DNA from: a virus | Lineage: Duplodnaviria > Heunggongvirae > Uroviricota > Caudoviricetes | Virus record (IMG/VR): IMGVR_UViG_3300045988_134250 | Strand: one strand, 5' to 3' | Length of the DNA stretch: 64,000 nucleotides | Shown here: one piece after another, positions 19,231 through 27,951 of the stretch | Layout: each line of letters begins with the position of its first letter | Position numbering within the stretch: position 1 is the first letter of the stretch | Translations under genes and position numbers: made by a program | The notes under the pieces: generated by a model | Databases searched by the model: none | Seen by the model: only the letters and a program-made list of their open reading frames with translations | Told to the model about the DNA's origin: nothing

Positions 19231-19772
19231 GGCTCCGCATGAAATTCTCCAAATTTTCTGAGTTGGTGAATCGTATTTTGTTGAATCGTATTTTGTCCAA
19301 CAACCACAGCCATCGTCGCGATATGGATGTAACGATCGTTGTTCATTCGCCTGGCAGCATTGGTTCAACACCCTCAGTTGAGGTTCAGTCAATTCACGCT
19401 GGTTTTGATTGGGATTCCGGGAAAGTGCTGATTTTCCCAGCACAGCCACTGACCACTCTAACACCAGAACAGATTACTGATATTACTGATAGTGTGCGCA
19501 AAGGTCAGTCCTGGCACGCATATCAGGAATACAAGAAGCATAAAGAGCAGTTGGAAAAATTATCGATTGAACTTGATACCGCAAAACAGCGCATTGCAGA
19601 GCTGGAGAGCAATCGCGCGGCGCTGGCGGCGGAGCATGGTATTCAGATTGCAATAAATGAACTGCTTGCTCTGGCCCCGCGTCTGGATAAACGAGCGGTG
19701 GATGCACTCTCTGTGGCTGTGGAGCACCTGTGTAAACTGATTAAGAAGGAGGCAGTCAGTGAGCAAAATTAA
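19227..19772 (+). CDS. Ead/Ea22-like protein (copy 3)
   Basis: 181 aa; NRAALAAEHG motif. Confidence 0.5.
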   Translation: MRLRMKFSKFSELVNRILLNRILSNNHSHRRDMDVTIVVHSPGSIGSTPSVEVQSIHAGFDWDSGKVLIFPAQPLTTLTPEQITDITDSVRKGQSWHAYQEYKKHKEQLEKLSIELDTAKQRIAELESNRAALAAEHGIQIAINELLALAPRLDKRAVDALSVAVEHLCKLIKKEAVSEQN

Positions 19773-20397
19773 TTACCAGGCACTGCGTGAGGCGGCAGAG
19801 AAAGCAACGTGGGGAGACTGGGACTCATATAAACCACACCGTGGCGCACGTGGTTATAAGGTCCGACTAAGTGGTCAGGCCATTGCGCAACACGTTCTGA
19901 AAAACAACGCTGAATTTATTGCTGCCTTTAATCCAAAGGTTGCTTTGGCATTACTGGATGAACTGGAAAGAAACCAGCAATACATCAAATCTCGCGACCA
20001 GGAGAACGAGGATATTGCGCTTACGGTAGGGAAGCTGCTAATCGAAAACGGCCGGCTTGTTGCCGATACGCTACGCCACTTAGCTGATAACGAAATCGAC
20101 TCTGATTATTTTGCTATCACCTCAACGAATGAGAACGGTACTGAAATTGATCATGAGATGGCTATTACCGATTACGCACTGCAAGCTGCCGGAACTGTAG
20201 ACGAATTGGTTGCGGCGTTGGAATCCGCAGAGAAGCGCATTGCAGAACTGGAAGCACGGGAAATATCGCTCCCAGAACGTAGCAGCATGCTTCATCGAAC
20301 AGATTTTCACGAGGATTACCAAACGGTAATGGCATACAAAGTTTCTGAAGTCATCGATGCAATCCGCGCTACTGGCATTCGCATCAAAGGAGAGTGA
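19759..20397 (+). CDS. Ead/Ea22-like protein (copy 4)
   Basis: 212 aa; N-terminus YQALREAAEKATWGDW; ELEAREIS coiled coil. Confidence 0.5.
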   Translation: MSKINYQALREAAEKATWGDWDSYKPHRGARGYKVRLSGQAIAQHVLKNNAEFIAAFNPKVALALLDELERNQQYIKSRDQENEDIALTVGKLLIENGRLVADTLRHLADNEIDSDYFAITSTNENGTEIDHEMAITDYALQAAGTVDELVAALESAEKRIAELEAREISLPERSSMLHRTDFHEDYQTVMAYKVSEVIDAIRATGIRIKGE

Positions 20398-20398
20398 G

Positions 20399-20809
20399 AT
20401 GAACGCTATAACCAAAGAACGTATCAAATTATTCATTAAAAATCCGCTTGATAACGGACTTACTCGTGGCGAACAAATGGAACTGGCACGAATTGCTCTG
20501 GCATCGCTGGAAGCAGAGGCAGTTATGTTCTGTATATCAGGACAAAATGTAGATTCAGAAGAACATGTATCAACCAGCAAAGCGGTTGTTGATGCCTGGG
20601 TTGAAGAATGGAATCAGGTTGACGGAAGTCCTGGCGAACCACTGTACAAAACTATGCCACTCTACTATCACGCTGCCTTGCCAGCGCCGGTAGTGCCGGA
20701 TGAAATGTATTGGCAGGATGCGCCAGTTGAAGGCAGCAGCAAAGCGGCTGCATACGCTACAGGCTGGAACGCCTGCCGCGCCGCTATGCTTCATGGGAAA
20801 GGAGAGTGA
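20399..20809 (+). CDS. Hypothetical protein, short paralog of 21085-22605
   Basis: Start at ATG 20399 (MNAITKERIKLFIKNPLDNGLTRGEQMELARIALASLEAE) with AGGAG upstream; about 105 nt of the 5' end repeated at 21097. Confidence 0.5.
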   Translation: MNAITKERIKLFIKNPLDNGLTRGEQMELARIALASLEAEAVMFCISGQNVDSEEHVSTSKAVVDAWVEEWNQVDGSPGEPLYKTMPLYYHAALPAPVVPDEMYWQDAPVEGSSKAAAYATGWNACRAAMLHGKGE

Positions 20810-20810
20810 T

Positions 20811-21074
20811 ATGGCAACTTTAACAAAAAAAGAACGGGCATGGTTGAACGAATTACAGGACGTTCTTGATCGCTGCCCATCACCGAAAAAAATTGGTTTT
20901 TACACCATTGGCGATAAAAGCATTTACCTGTATGACCTGCGCCGCATGGATGAAATCATGGAGACTCTTGATAATCGTTCGTCGATGGATTGGTGTGTTG
21001 CTGTTCATGATATGAATGCAGGGTTTGATGAAAAGATTTTGTTCCCCTCATCAGTTGAAAGCACTGCGGGTTAA
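20811..21074 (+). CDS. Hypothetical small protein
   Basis: Start at ATG 20811 (MATLTKKERAWLNEL...), 1 nt after the upstream stop. Confidence 0.45.
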   Translation: MATLTKKERAWLNELQDVLDRCPSPKKIGFYTIGDKSIYLYDLRRMDEIMETLDNRSSMDWCVAVHDMNAGFDEKILFPSSVESTAG

Positions 21075-21084
21075 GGAGTAACAC

Positions 21085-22605
21085 ATGACCACTATTACCA
21101 AAGAACGTATTGAATTGTTCATTAAAAATCCGCTTGAAAACGGGCTTACCCGTGGTGAACAAATGGAACTGGCACGGATTGCGCTGGCATCGCTGGAAGC
21201 AGATCCAGTTAAACGAGTTAACTCAGATCAGATGCGCCGAGTCTGCTTAGAAGCTAATCGCCATTTAGATAAATATGACGCGATGGCGAAAGAGGTAAAT
21301 AAGTTGCTTGGACGCATCGCCCCGCCAGCGCCGGTAGTGCCGGAAGAAGCAACTCCGGAAAACGTAGAAATGCTCTCTGGCTATGTTTCCACGTACAAAT
21401 TAACCGATAGCGAGCGCGATATTGCTGCCGAAATATGGAACGCCTGCCGCACCGCCATGCTTCAGTCCGGAAACTTTCGGGAAAGCAAGAATTCGTCAAC
21501 CAATAATTTTCGGGAAATCGCGGAAACGTCAACCAACTATCCGGTAATTCCTAGTGAGGTGTTGTCAGCAATCCTGAAGTTTGCCAGAGTTCGTGCCGAT
21601 TTCGATGATTTTGACGGTGACAGGCGAGGTATCGGTGATTGTCTGGATGAGGCCGAGCAAGAGCTTATCGTTACCATTAACAAATATGCCAGTCAGTTGG
21701 CAGCAGAACCGATAGCGACTAATGACGTTCGAGAGCAAACAGCCGTTCCGCCAATACAGGCTGATGTCGCGCAAGCAATTGAAAATCTCAAGCAGAAGTT
21801 AGTGGAATGCAATCGCTATAACTACTGCGCAGATGCAGTTAAAGGCGTAGAGGATGCCAGCCGCGTCTTGGCACTCCAAAATCAAAATATGTCAGCACCG
21901 GTAACGCCGGAGGCCATTGAAAACGCAATTGAATATATCCGCAGTATCGCTTTTCACATCGATGAAGACGATTACCACGGCAAGCATATTGCGTATTTCA
22001 TGCGACAAGCATTGGCCTGGCTGGAAGGGCATTCATGCAGCGACGACAGGCTGGGTAAGGCCGACAATCAACCCGCATCTGGTAACCAGTCTGCCGAATC
22101 CAATCGCGGTAATGAGTGGACCGGCAATCCTGATATTGATAACGCCATCATCATGCTCGACCGCATAGATACGGCGGAAAGTTGCGATGATGACCGTATT
22201 GAGGCCGTTAAGGCTGTGTTGCGTAGACTGGCAGGCAACTATCCGGATATTCCGGATAGTTCGGTGCCAGCGCCAGGAAAGGGCGTCACCGGTGAACGTA
22301 TCCGCATTAAGCCGCATGTTTATCGCGAACTGGTTAACCGTCTCCACGATACAGCGATCAAGTGTGCTGGCACCCAGCAATTACGAGAAAGAATTAGCCG
22401 TGTTTTGGGCGACGTTATTACACCAGATCATCATAAACAAGCCGAGAAAAGTGGCCTGGAAAGGTGTCGCCTTGAGGCGGCATTAAACATTAAGCCGGGG
22501 CATACGCTTGGCATTATTGATGCACTATTGGTTCATAAGATGGCCAGGGCTTTATTGCCGCTGGTGGCTGAAAAGCATGAGGTGGACCATGCCAACGAAA
22601 GCTGA
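21085..22605 (+). CDS. Hypothetical protein, long paralog sharing its N-terminal domain with 20399-20809
   Basis: 506 aa; MTTITKERIELFIKNPLENGLTRGEQMELARIALASLEA. Confidence 0.5.
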   Translation: MTTITKERIELFIKNPLENGLTRGEQMELARIALASLEADPVKRVNSDQMRRVCLEANRHLDKYDAMAKEVNKLLGRIAPPAPVVPEEATPENVEMLSGYVSTYKLTDSERDIAAEIWNACRTAMLQSGNFRESKNSSTNNFREIAETSTNYPVIPSEVLSAILKFARVRADFDDFDGDRRGIGDCLDEAEQELIVTINKYASQLAAEPIATNDVREQTAVPPIQADVAQAIENLKQKLVECNRYNYCADAVKGVEDASRVLALQNQNMSAPVTPEAIENAIEYIRSIAFHIDEDDYHGKHIAYFMRQALAWLEGHSCSDDRLGKADNQPASGNQSAESNRGNEWTGNPDIDNAIIMLDRIDTAESCDDDRIEAVKAVLRRLAGNYPDIPDSSVPAPGKGVTGERIRIKPHVYRELVNRLHDTAIKCAGTQQLRERISRVLGDVITPDHHKQAEKSGLERCRLEAALNIKPGHTLGIIDALLVHKMARALLPLVAEKHEVDHANES

Positions 22606-22873
22606 ATTACAGGTGCGCGTAGATGAGCTTGAAAAAGAGAACGCGAGCCTCAAAAAAATGCTGTCGCGGGCGGAAAGGGAATTATCAGGCAAATTATTGC
22701 CAGAAGAACTGCCACCAGCAGATATACCTGATCGAGTGTCCTGGTGGATGAAGTATTTCCGTGCACCGTGGGAGGCGTTTTGGTGCTACGACCATCGCAG
22801 ATGGTGTGATGAGCTTGATAGCAGTTTCCCCTATTTTGCAGAAGGGAACTCTTGCCCTGAATGTAGGCGTTAA
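22589..22873 (+). CDS. Small coiled-coil protein with C-terminal CxxC (tandem paralog 1)
   Basis: Start at ATG 22589 (MPTKAELQVRVDELEKEN); ends WEAFWCYDHRRWCDELDSSFPYFAEGNSCPECRR. Confidence 0.45.
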   Translation: MPTKAELQVRVDELEKENASLKKMLSRAERELSGKLLPEELPPADIPDRVSWWMKYFRAPWEAFWCYDHRRWCDELDSSFPYFAEGNSCPECRR

Positions 22874-23178
22874 TGATGACCGGCGAGCTTTATTTTAAAA
22901 TGGCACGGGAGCGGCGTGTGCATCTGGATCGGATATTTCATCTCCAGAAGAGAGTAGAAGAACTGGAACGTCGTCTGAACTGTTATCCTGTTGATATGGT
23001 GTCTGCAATACCGCCGATTCCAATAGAAATGCAGATCCGCCTATGGATGGAAGAATATGGAATGCCGTGGGAGATATTTTTCTGCTTCGACCATAAACAG
23101 TGGGTAGATGAGCTGGATAATAGTTTCCCATATTTCACAGAGAACACATGCCCAGTATGCAGGAAGAACGGAATATGA
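22873..23178 (+). CDS. Small coiled-coil protein with C-terminal CxxC (tandem paralog 2)
   Basis: 101 aa; ends WEIFFCFDHKQWVDELDNSFPYFTENTCPVCRK. Confidence 0.45.
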   Translation: MMTGELYFKMARERRVHLDRIFHLQKRVEELERRLNCYPVDMVSAIPPIPIEMQIRLWMEEYGMPWEIFFCFDHKQWVDELDNSFPYFTENTCPVCRKNGI

Positions 23179-23699
23179 CAAAATTTGGAAAGCTGGAAGC
23201 TCATTTGCTAACTCGCAACTACCGCCATGATATACACCCATATAGACAGTGGATCGATGAAAGCGAAGGAGTAGTTACATTCCCTCTCTACAGGTTTGAT
23301 GGGATGTTGGCTGGGTATCAGACATATAGACCAGGTGCACCTAAGCAGCATAGCAATCCGAAGATGGCCCGGTATTTCACGCGATCACACGGCAGACAGT
23401 TACTTTGGGGAACCTATCTTCCTTTAAAAGATGGCCCAATATGGATAACTGAGTCTATTTTTAAGAGCGCAGCTGTACACAACGCGGGCGGCAATTCGTG
23501 GGCGCTGTTAGGTTCAACTTTCTCCGCAGGATTACGCCGTCAACTTGCGATGCTGCCGTATGACTTTCGCGTAATAGGTGACAATGATGCGGCTGGTGAA
23601 TCACTTGTGAAGTCTTTCGGAAAAGGTTTTGTGGCCCCGGATCTTGACGAGCTACAACCACATGAAGTGTCTCATTTGATTTTTAGCCATAGCCAATAA
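23175..23699 (+). CDS. Small protein with Toprim-like acidic motifs
   Basis: WITESIF...VIGDNDAAGE resembles the Toprim E...DxD signature; last gene of the long plus-strand operon. Confidence 0.35.
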   Translation: MTKFGKLEAHLLTRNYRHDIHPYRQWIDESEGVVTFPLYRFDGMLAGYQTYRPGAPKQHSNPKMARYFTRSHGRQLLWGTYLPLKDGPIWITESIFKSAAVHNAGGNSWALLGSTFSAGLRRQLAMLPYDFRVIGDNDAAGESLVKSFGKGFVAPDLDELQPHEVSHLIFSHSQ

Positions 23700-23907
23700 G
23701 CATCTCTCCCCTTTGAGGTCACAATTAGTGGCCTTAAACAATGTGTTTTCTACCTCGATTTAGCCTTTATTATCGTTTTGCATTTCTCTAATCCGGGCAA
23801 CGAGGTTACGCTGATTCGTTGGTGATGAATAGTAGCAAAGCGCACAAAATCATCTGCGGTGGTTGATGTACGTAACGCGTTTGCACCAAATGTGTCTCTT
23901 TAATGTA

Positions 23908-23927
23908 TACTGTATAAATGAACAGTA
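23908..23927 (+). promoter_or_regulatory. LexA (SOS) box upstream of the umuD-like gene
   Basis: tactgtataaatgaacagta fits CTGT-N8-ACAG, about 20 nt upstream of the start at 23947. Confidence 0.65.
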
Positions 23928-23946
23928 TTATTGAGGTGAAAACGCT

Positions 23947-24336
23947 ATGGGCTTCCCTTCTCCTGCGGCGGACTATGTTGAAAGCCGAATTTCTCTTGAT
24001 CAGCAACTAATCAGGCATCCATCAGCGACATACTTCATGCGGGCGGCAGACAGCCATCACCGTGAGGGAATATTGCAGGGTGCTTTGCTGGTGGTTGATT
24101 CTTCGCTTACTCCAGTTGATGGTTCGCTGCTTGTGTGCGCTATGGAGGGAGAATATCGCGTAAAAAGATACCGGAAGTATCCGCGCCAGCACCTGGAGGA
24201 TTTAAGCACCGGGAAGAAAGAGGCGTTACCAGTAGATGACGATGGTTACACGGGTAGTAATGCTGTTTTTGGTGTGATCACCCACATTATCAATGACGCC
24301 AGGGGCGGTGAATTTGATGATAGTCCTGCTATATGA
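23947..24336 (+). CDS. humD: UmuD'-like S24 peptidase-family protein (P1 HumD-type), with no umuC partner
   Basis: 129 aa; [36 protein letters not shown] parallels UmuD [37 protein letters not shown]; preceded by a LexA box. Confidence 0.7.
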   Translation: [129 protein letters not shown]

Positions 24337-24470
24337 TTTGTTTTCAGAGAAACCATAGAGAGGCATGACTGGATCTATATCGCCCTGGCCATTTAAATGA
24401 TTCCTCCCATTAGACGCGGTTACTCACTTGAAGATAAGATGAGGTTATAATTCTCTTTTTAGGTACGCGA

Positions 24471-24893
24471 ATGAGTTCGTCTGCTTTTGTCACTGTTGTC
24501 ACTGGAGTAAGCGTTTTTGTCCTAGGTCGACTCATCATCAAGGGGGTTGAGTCTTACATTTCATTCAAGGAACAGTTGGGGGAAATATCGCATCTGTTAT
24601 TGTCTAACCAAGCAAAGCTATCGAATCCCCGCTCTGACTTAAAACAAGAAATCATCCATGATTTGAAAGATGCGGCAGCACAGTTACGGGTGAAGTACGA
24701 ACTATTACCTTTCTATATCAAAATGTTACACATCGGTTTTCGCCTTGTTCCATCAGAAACTGAAATTCGTAAAGCGGCGCAAGAATTGAATCTGATAGCC
24801 TCGATACATGATGGTAAAACCGGAGAGCTGCCATATGAGCACATAGCCAAGATTGGATTACTGCTCAGAATTCCAACCACTTATTCTGCTTAA
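24471..24893 (+). CDS. Hypothetical membrane-anchored protein, AT-rich, between humD and phd
   Basis: 140 aa; N-terminal TM FVTVVTGVSVFVLGRLII. Confidence 0.45.
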   Translation: MSSSAFVTVVTGVSVFVLGRLIIKGVESYISFKEQLGEISHLLLSNQAKLSNPRSDLKQEIIHDLKDAAAQLRVKYELLPFYIKMLHIGFRLVPSETEIRKAAQELNLIASIHDGKTGELPYEHIAKIGLLLRIPTTYSA

Positions 24894-25001
24894 TCCCAGC
24901 AATTGCAAGACTGCATCTCGAGGATTTAAGGCACCAAGAAGTGGTATTCAGCATCATTAAAACCTATAATTGCGTACACATAACGAGCACACGAGGTGTT
25001 T

Positions 25002-25223
25002 ATGCAATCCATTAACTTCCGTACCGCGCGCGGCAACCTTTCTGAAGTGCTCAACAATGTTGAAGCCGGGGAAGAGGTTGAAATCACCCGCAGAGGCCGT
25101 GAGCCAGCAGTAATTGTCAGCAAGGCTACTTTTGAAGCCTACAAAAAAGCGGCGCTGGATGCCGAATTTGCATCCCTGTTTGACACCCTGGACTCCACCA
25201 ACAAGGAACTGGTTAACCGATAA
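25002..25223 (+). CDS. phd: Phd antitoxin (prevent-host-death)
   Basis: [49 protein letters not shown] matches recalled P1 Phd; stop overlaps the doc start. Confidence 0.9.
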
Positions 25224-25603
25224 TGAGGCATATATCACCGGAAGAACTTATTGCGCTTCATGATGCGAATATAAGCCGCTACGGCGGCCTGCCGGGAATG
25301 TCAGATCCGGGTAGGGCAGAGGCCATTATCGGGAGAGTTCAGGCCAGAGTTGCCTACGAAGAGATCACCGACCTTTTCGAAGTCTCCGCCACCTACCTGG
25401 TGGCTACGGCGAGAGGGCATATATTCAATGATGCCAATAAGCGTACCGCGCTAAACAGTGCGCTGCTATTTCTACGCCGTAACGGTATACAGGTATATGA
25501 TGATCCCGTGCTGGTGGAGCTTGCAGTGGGGGCTGCAACTGGTGAAATCCCCGTATCTTCAGTAGCGAAAAAACTACGTGAACTATATGGTTCCAATATT
25601 TGA
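25223..25603 (+). CDS. doc: Doc toxin (death-on-curing, Fic-fold)
   Basis: 126 aa; [25 protein letters not shown]...[11 protein letters not shown] matches recalled P1 Doc. Confidence 0.9.
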
Positions 25604-25638
25604 AAAGAAGCCCGCTCAACCAGGCGGGCTTCTTACTA

Positions 25639-26733
25639 TCACTCAATGATTTTTTCTGCTGTCAGCCAGCTAATTTCTTGCCTGTCTTTCGGCGGTTTTA
25701 GCATGTGGGCGTATTCAGCGACATTCTCCCACGGAATTGTTTTTGCCCACTCAACGATAGCATTGTGATCTGCAGTGAAGAGTGGAATGGTGTGCGATTT
25801 CAACCATTCTAATGTCGTGACGCCATGTTTTTTGGCGTGGTGCTGCGCATGATGCCGGGCTATCACTCGTAATGGTATTGTCCATTCACTACCATCAGGC
25901 ATCGAAAAGCGCATTGTCTTCGGCATATCTGATTCAAGAACAGCCTCCCTAATACCAGGGAACTCACCAAGAATCATACGACGATAGTCATCACTATTTC
26001 GCCCGCCATACCTTTCGGCAAAATGATCAAGATATTCTTGGGTAATAAATGGTGAATCCTCCGCACTCAGCTTAATGGCTTTATATACACCACTCGGATT
26101 ATCTTCAGCTAAAGCACGTCCATGATGTGAATCATAAAAAAAGCCTATTTCCTCTGGTGACGGAATTGAAGTGAGCAATATGCGTGAATCACCACTAGTC
26201 ATGCTTGCCCACACAATGCTGTATGCCCGATCGCTGATATGTGCGGAATCCACAATAATGAATAAAAGATGGTCGGCGTAGTGACCTGCAATGCTATCTT
26301 CATAGTTAAGGCGGAAGTTACAAAAGCACATTCCCCAAAATTCATTGAACATCAGACCGCTATCACCGACCTTAAAATACTCAATGATAAAAGGTTGTTT
26401 TTTCAGCAATGCCTCCCAACATTGCCACACATATGCAACAATTCCTCTTTTGCAAACATTTGATTTTGGATAAACAATTACTGTCCGGGAATCAGGATAC
26501 ATAATCGTATAAAGGGTACTAATAACAGCAAGCACTTGCGGTCGTCCGATCCCATACGGAGTGGTGACAGTAGCTTTTGCATTATTGGGCTGTATAGCTT
26601 CAACAATTTGTTGTTGCTGGTGGCTTAAATCAATATCAAACAATTCTTTTGCTGCCAGTACCCAATTGTCTTTATATTTCTCCACCAGCGACAGCCAGCG
26701 CGGATCTTTATAAATATTGCTCTTAGTCGCCAT
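25639..26733 (-). CDS. Large-terminase (PacB-type) ATPase-domain paralog with degenerate Walker A/B and no nuclease domain
   Basis: Start at ATG 26733 (MATKSNIYKDPRW...) overlapping the upstream stop (ATGGCGACTAA); aligns to PacB-like ORF 31822-33330 (PSHQQQQI, FFYDSHH, EYGGR) but has TTPYGIGRPQ where PacB has TSGHGTGKSS, and IIVDSAH where PacB has LILDEAS. Confidence 0.65.
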   Translation of the reverse strand: MATKSNIYKDPRWLSLVEKYKDNWVLAAKELFDIDLSHQQQQIVEAIQPNNAKATVTTPYGIGRPQVLAVISTLYTIMYPDSRTVIVYPKSNVCKRGIVAYVWQCWEALLKKQPFIIEYFKVGDSGLMFNEFWGMCFCNFRLNYEDSIAGHYADHLLFIIVDSAHISDRAYSIVWASMTSGDSRILLTSIPSPEEIGFFYDSHHGRALAEDNPSGVYKAIKLSAEDSPFITQEYLDHFAERYGGRNSDDYRRMILGEFPGIREAVLESDMPKTMRFSMPDGSEWTIPLRVIARHHAQHHAKKHGVTTLEWLKSHTIPLFTADHNAIVEWAKTIPWENVAEYAHMLKPPKDRQEISWLTAEKIIE

Positions 26734-27490
26734 CTGCCACTTCCTTAACTTCTTCTTTGGCCTGTTCTGCAATCGCCGCACGGCATTTCGCCCTGGCTGT
26801 AGCGATTGCTTCAGCTCGCACATCGTCTGGAATCGTTGACGTGATATACATATCCAGTTCTTCGGCACGGAATACTGTTTGGTCCAGATATTCGCGTAGC
26901 ATCCAGGTAAATTCGAAATCACACGCGATAATCTCTGCGCTACCTTCTGCACCATTTGGGAAATGAATAAATGCCTGTTTAGCCAAACCGATAACACGAC
27001 ATGCGGTTGCCAAAACAGCGACAACTAGGTTTACATTTTCACACGCTACGGGCTGGTTAACGCCGGAGATTACTCCATTTAACTGTCGGTTATATGGAAG
27101 GTAGTTTGAGATGCGTTCTACGCGCCATGTGCCAGTCAGGCTGCCATTTTTAAATATAATTGGTGTAACGGATAGCCCAAGCTCGCGTATAAGTCGTTGC
27201 GCTATAGCAGGATCATTAAACAGGTCTAATGCTACACATTCGAAAGACTGCGCAAGGGCAAACAGTTCTTCCAGAGAGTAGTCTTTGCCCCTGGCGGTGA
27301 TGTAACGACGAACGCCGCTGTCTGCATCACTCCATATAGCTACGCCATGCTCTTCATTCAGCTCTTCATTAAAGCCGAGATACGTCATGATAGTGCGTTC
27401 AATCGTGTCAAACGGCAGTGACATGTCGGCGTTAACAGCCACCAGCAGGCCATTACGCAAGCGGTATTGAATTGTTTTAGTGCTTTCCAT
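26723..27490 (-). CDS. Hypothetical protein translationally coupled to the terminase-like paralog (small-subunit position)
   Basis: 255 aa; stop overlaps the downstream ATG. Confidence 0.45.
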   Translation of the reverse strand: MESTKTIQYRLRNGLLVAVNADMSLPFDTIERTIMTYLGFNEELNEEHGVAIWSDADSGVRRYITARGKDYSLEELFALAQSFECVALDLFNDPAIAQRLIRELGLSVTPIIFKNGSLTGTWRVERISNYLPYNRQLNGVISGVNQPVACENVNLVVAVLATACRVIGLAKQAFIHFPNGAEGSAEIIACDFEFTWMLREYLDQTVFRAEELDMYITSTIPDDVRAEAIATARAKCRAAIAEQAKEEVKEVADGD

Positions 27491-27496
27491 GTCAAA

Positions 27497-27937
27497 TCAC
27501 TCCACAACAAACCAGTCACAGGCCAGCAGGTCGCCAACTGAAGGCACCCACGGAACAACTACACCTTGTGCATTTTTTAAGGCGAAATAAGCACCATACG
27601 GAACGAGGTCGCCGGGGAAATATCCCTTAATGGCTTCCATTCGTGCCGGGTACTGTCCTTCAGGAACCAGCCAGCAGAATTGGTTTTCGCCGTTCCACCC
27701 GCGTCGAGCAACTTTCTTGCCTTCCTTCAGCCACATCAGCGCGTCTGAAAAGTCGGCTGCTTCAAGGTCGATTTCTTCTTGCTGGGTGGTGATGCCACCA
27801 GCAGAAATAGTTACGCTCCCGGTAAGATTAATCATCACGCCGTTGTCATCCGTAATGATGACCGTGGTTCCATTTTTTTTGTGAGCTTTGTATTTGGGAC
27901 GGAACTTAAAAAGCTCTTTCGTTGCCATGTTATTCAT
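27497..27937 (-). CDS. Small protein with W-rich domain resembling DUF2829 (the family that includes Thoeris anti-defence Tad2)
   Basis: 146 aa; ALMWLKEGKKVARRGWNGENQFCWLVPEG ... DLLACDWFVVE; family assignment from memory, not HMM-verified. Confidence 0.5.
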   Translation of the reverse strand: MNNMATKELFKFRPKYKAHKKNGTTVIITDDNGVMINLTGSVTISAGGITTQQEEIDLEAADFSDALMWLKEGKKVARRGWNGENQFCWLVPEGQYPARMEAIKGYFPGDLVPYGAYFALKNAQGVVVPWVPSVGDLLACDWFVVE

Positions 27938-27951
27938 AGTCTTTTCTCTGC

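Noticed and set aside
9725-23699. Interpreting the window as a lambdoid prophage because of Rha, Ead/Ea22-like, DUF4406 and phosphatase genes
   Set aside because: The Dre/rox, pacAB, phd-doc, humD, ref, cin, lyd/dar and DarB signatures are specific to P1-family elements; the lambdoid-type genes are better explained as mosaic accessory cargo.
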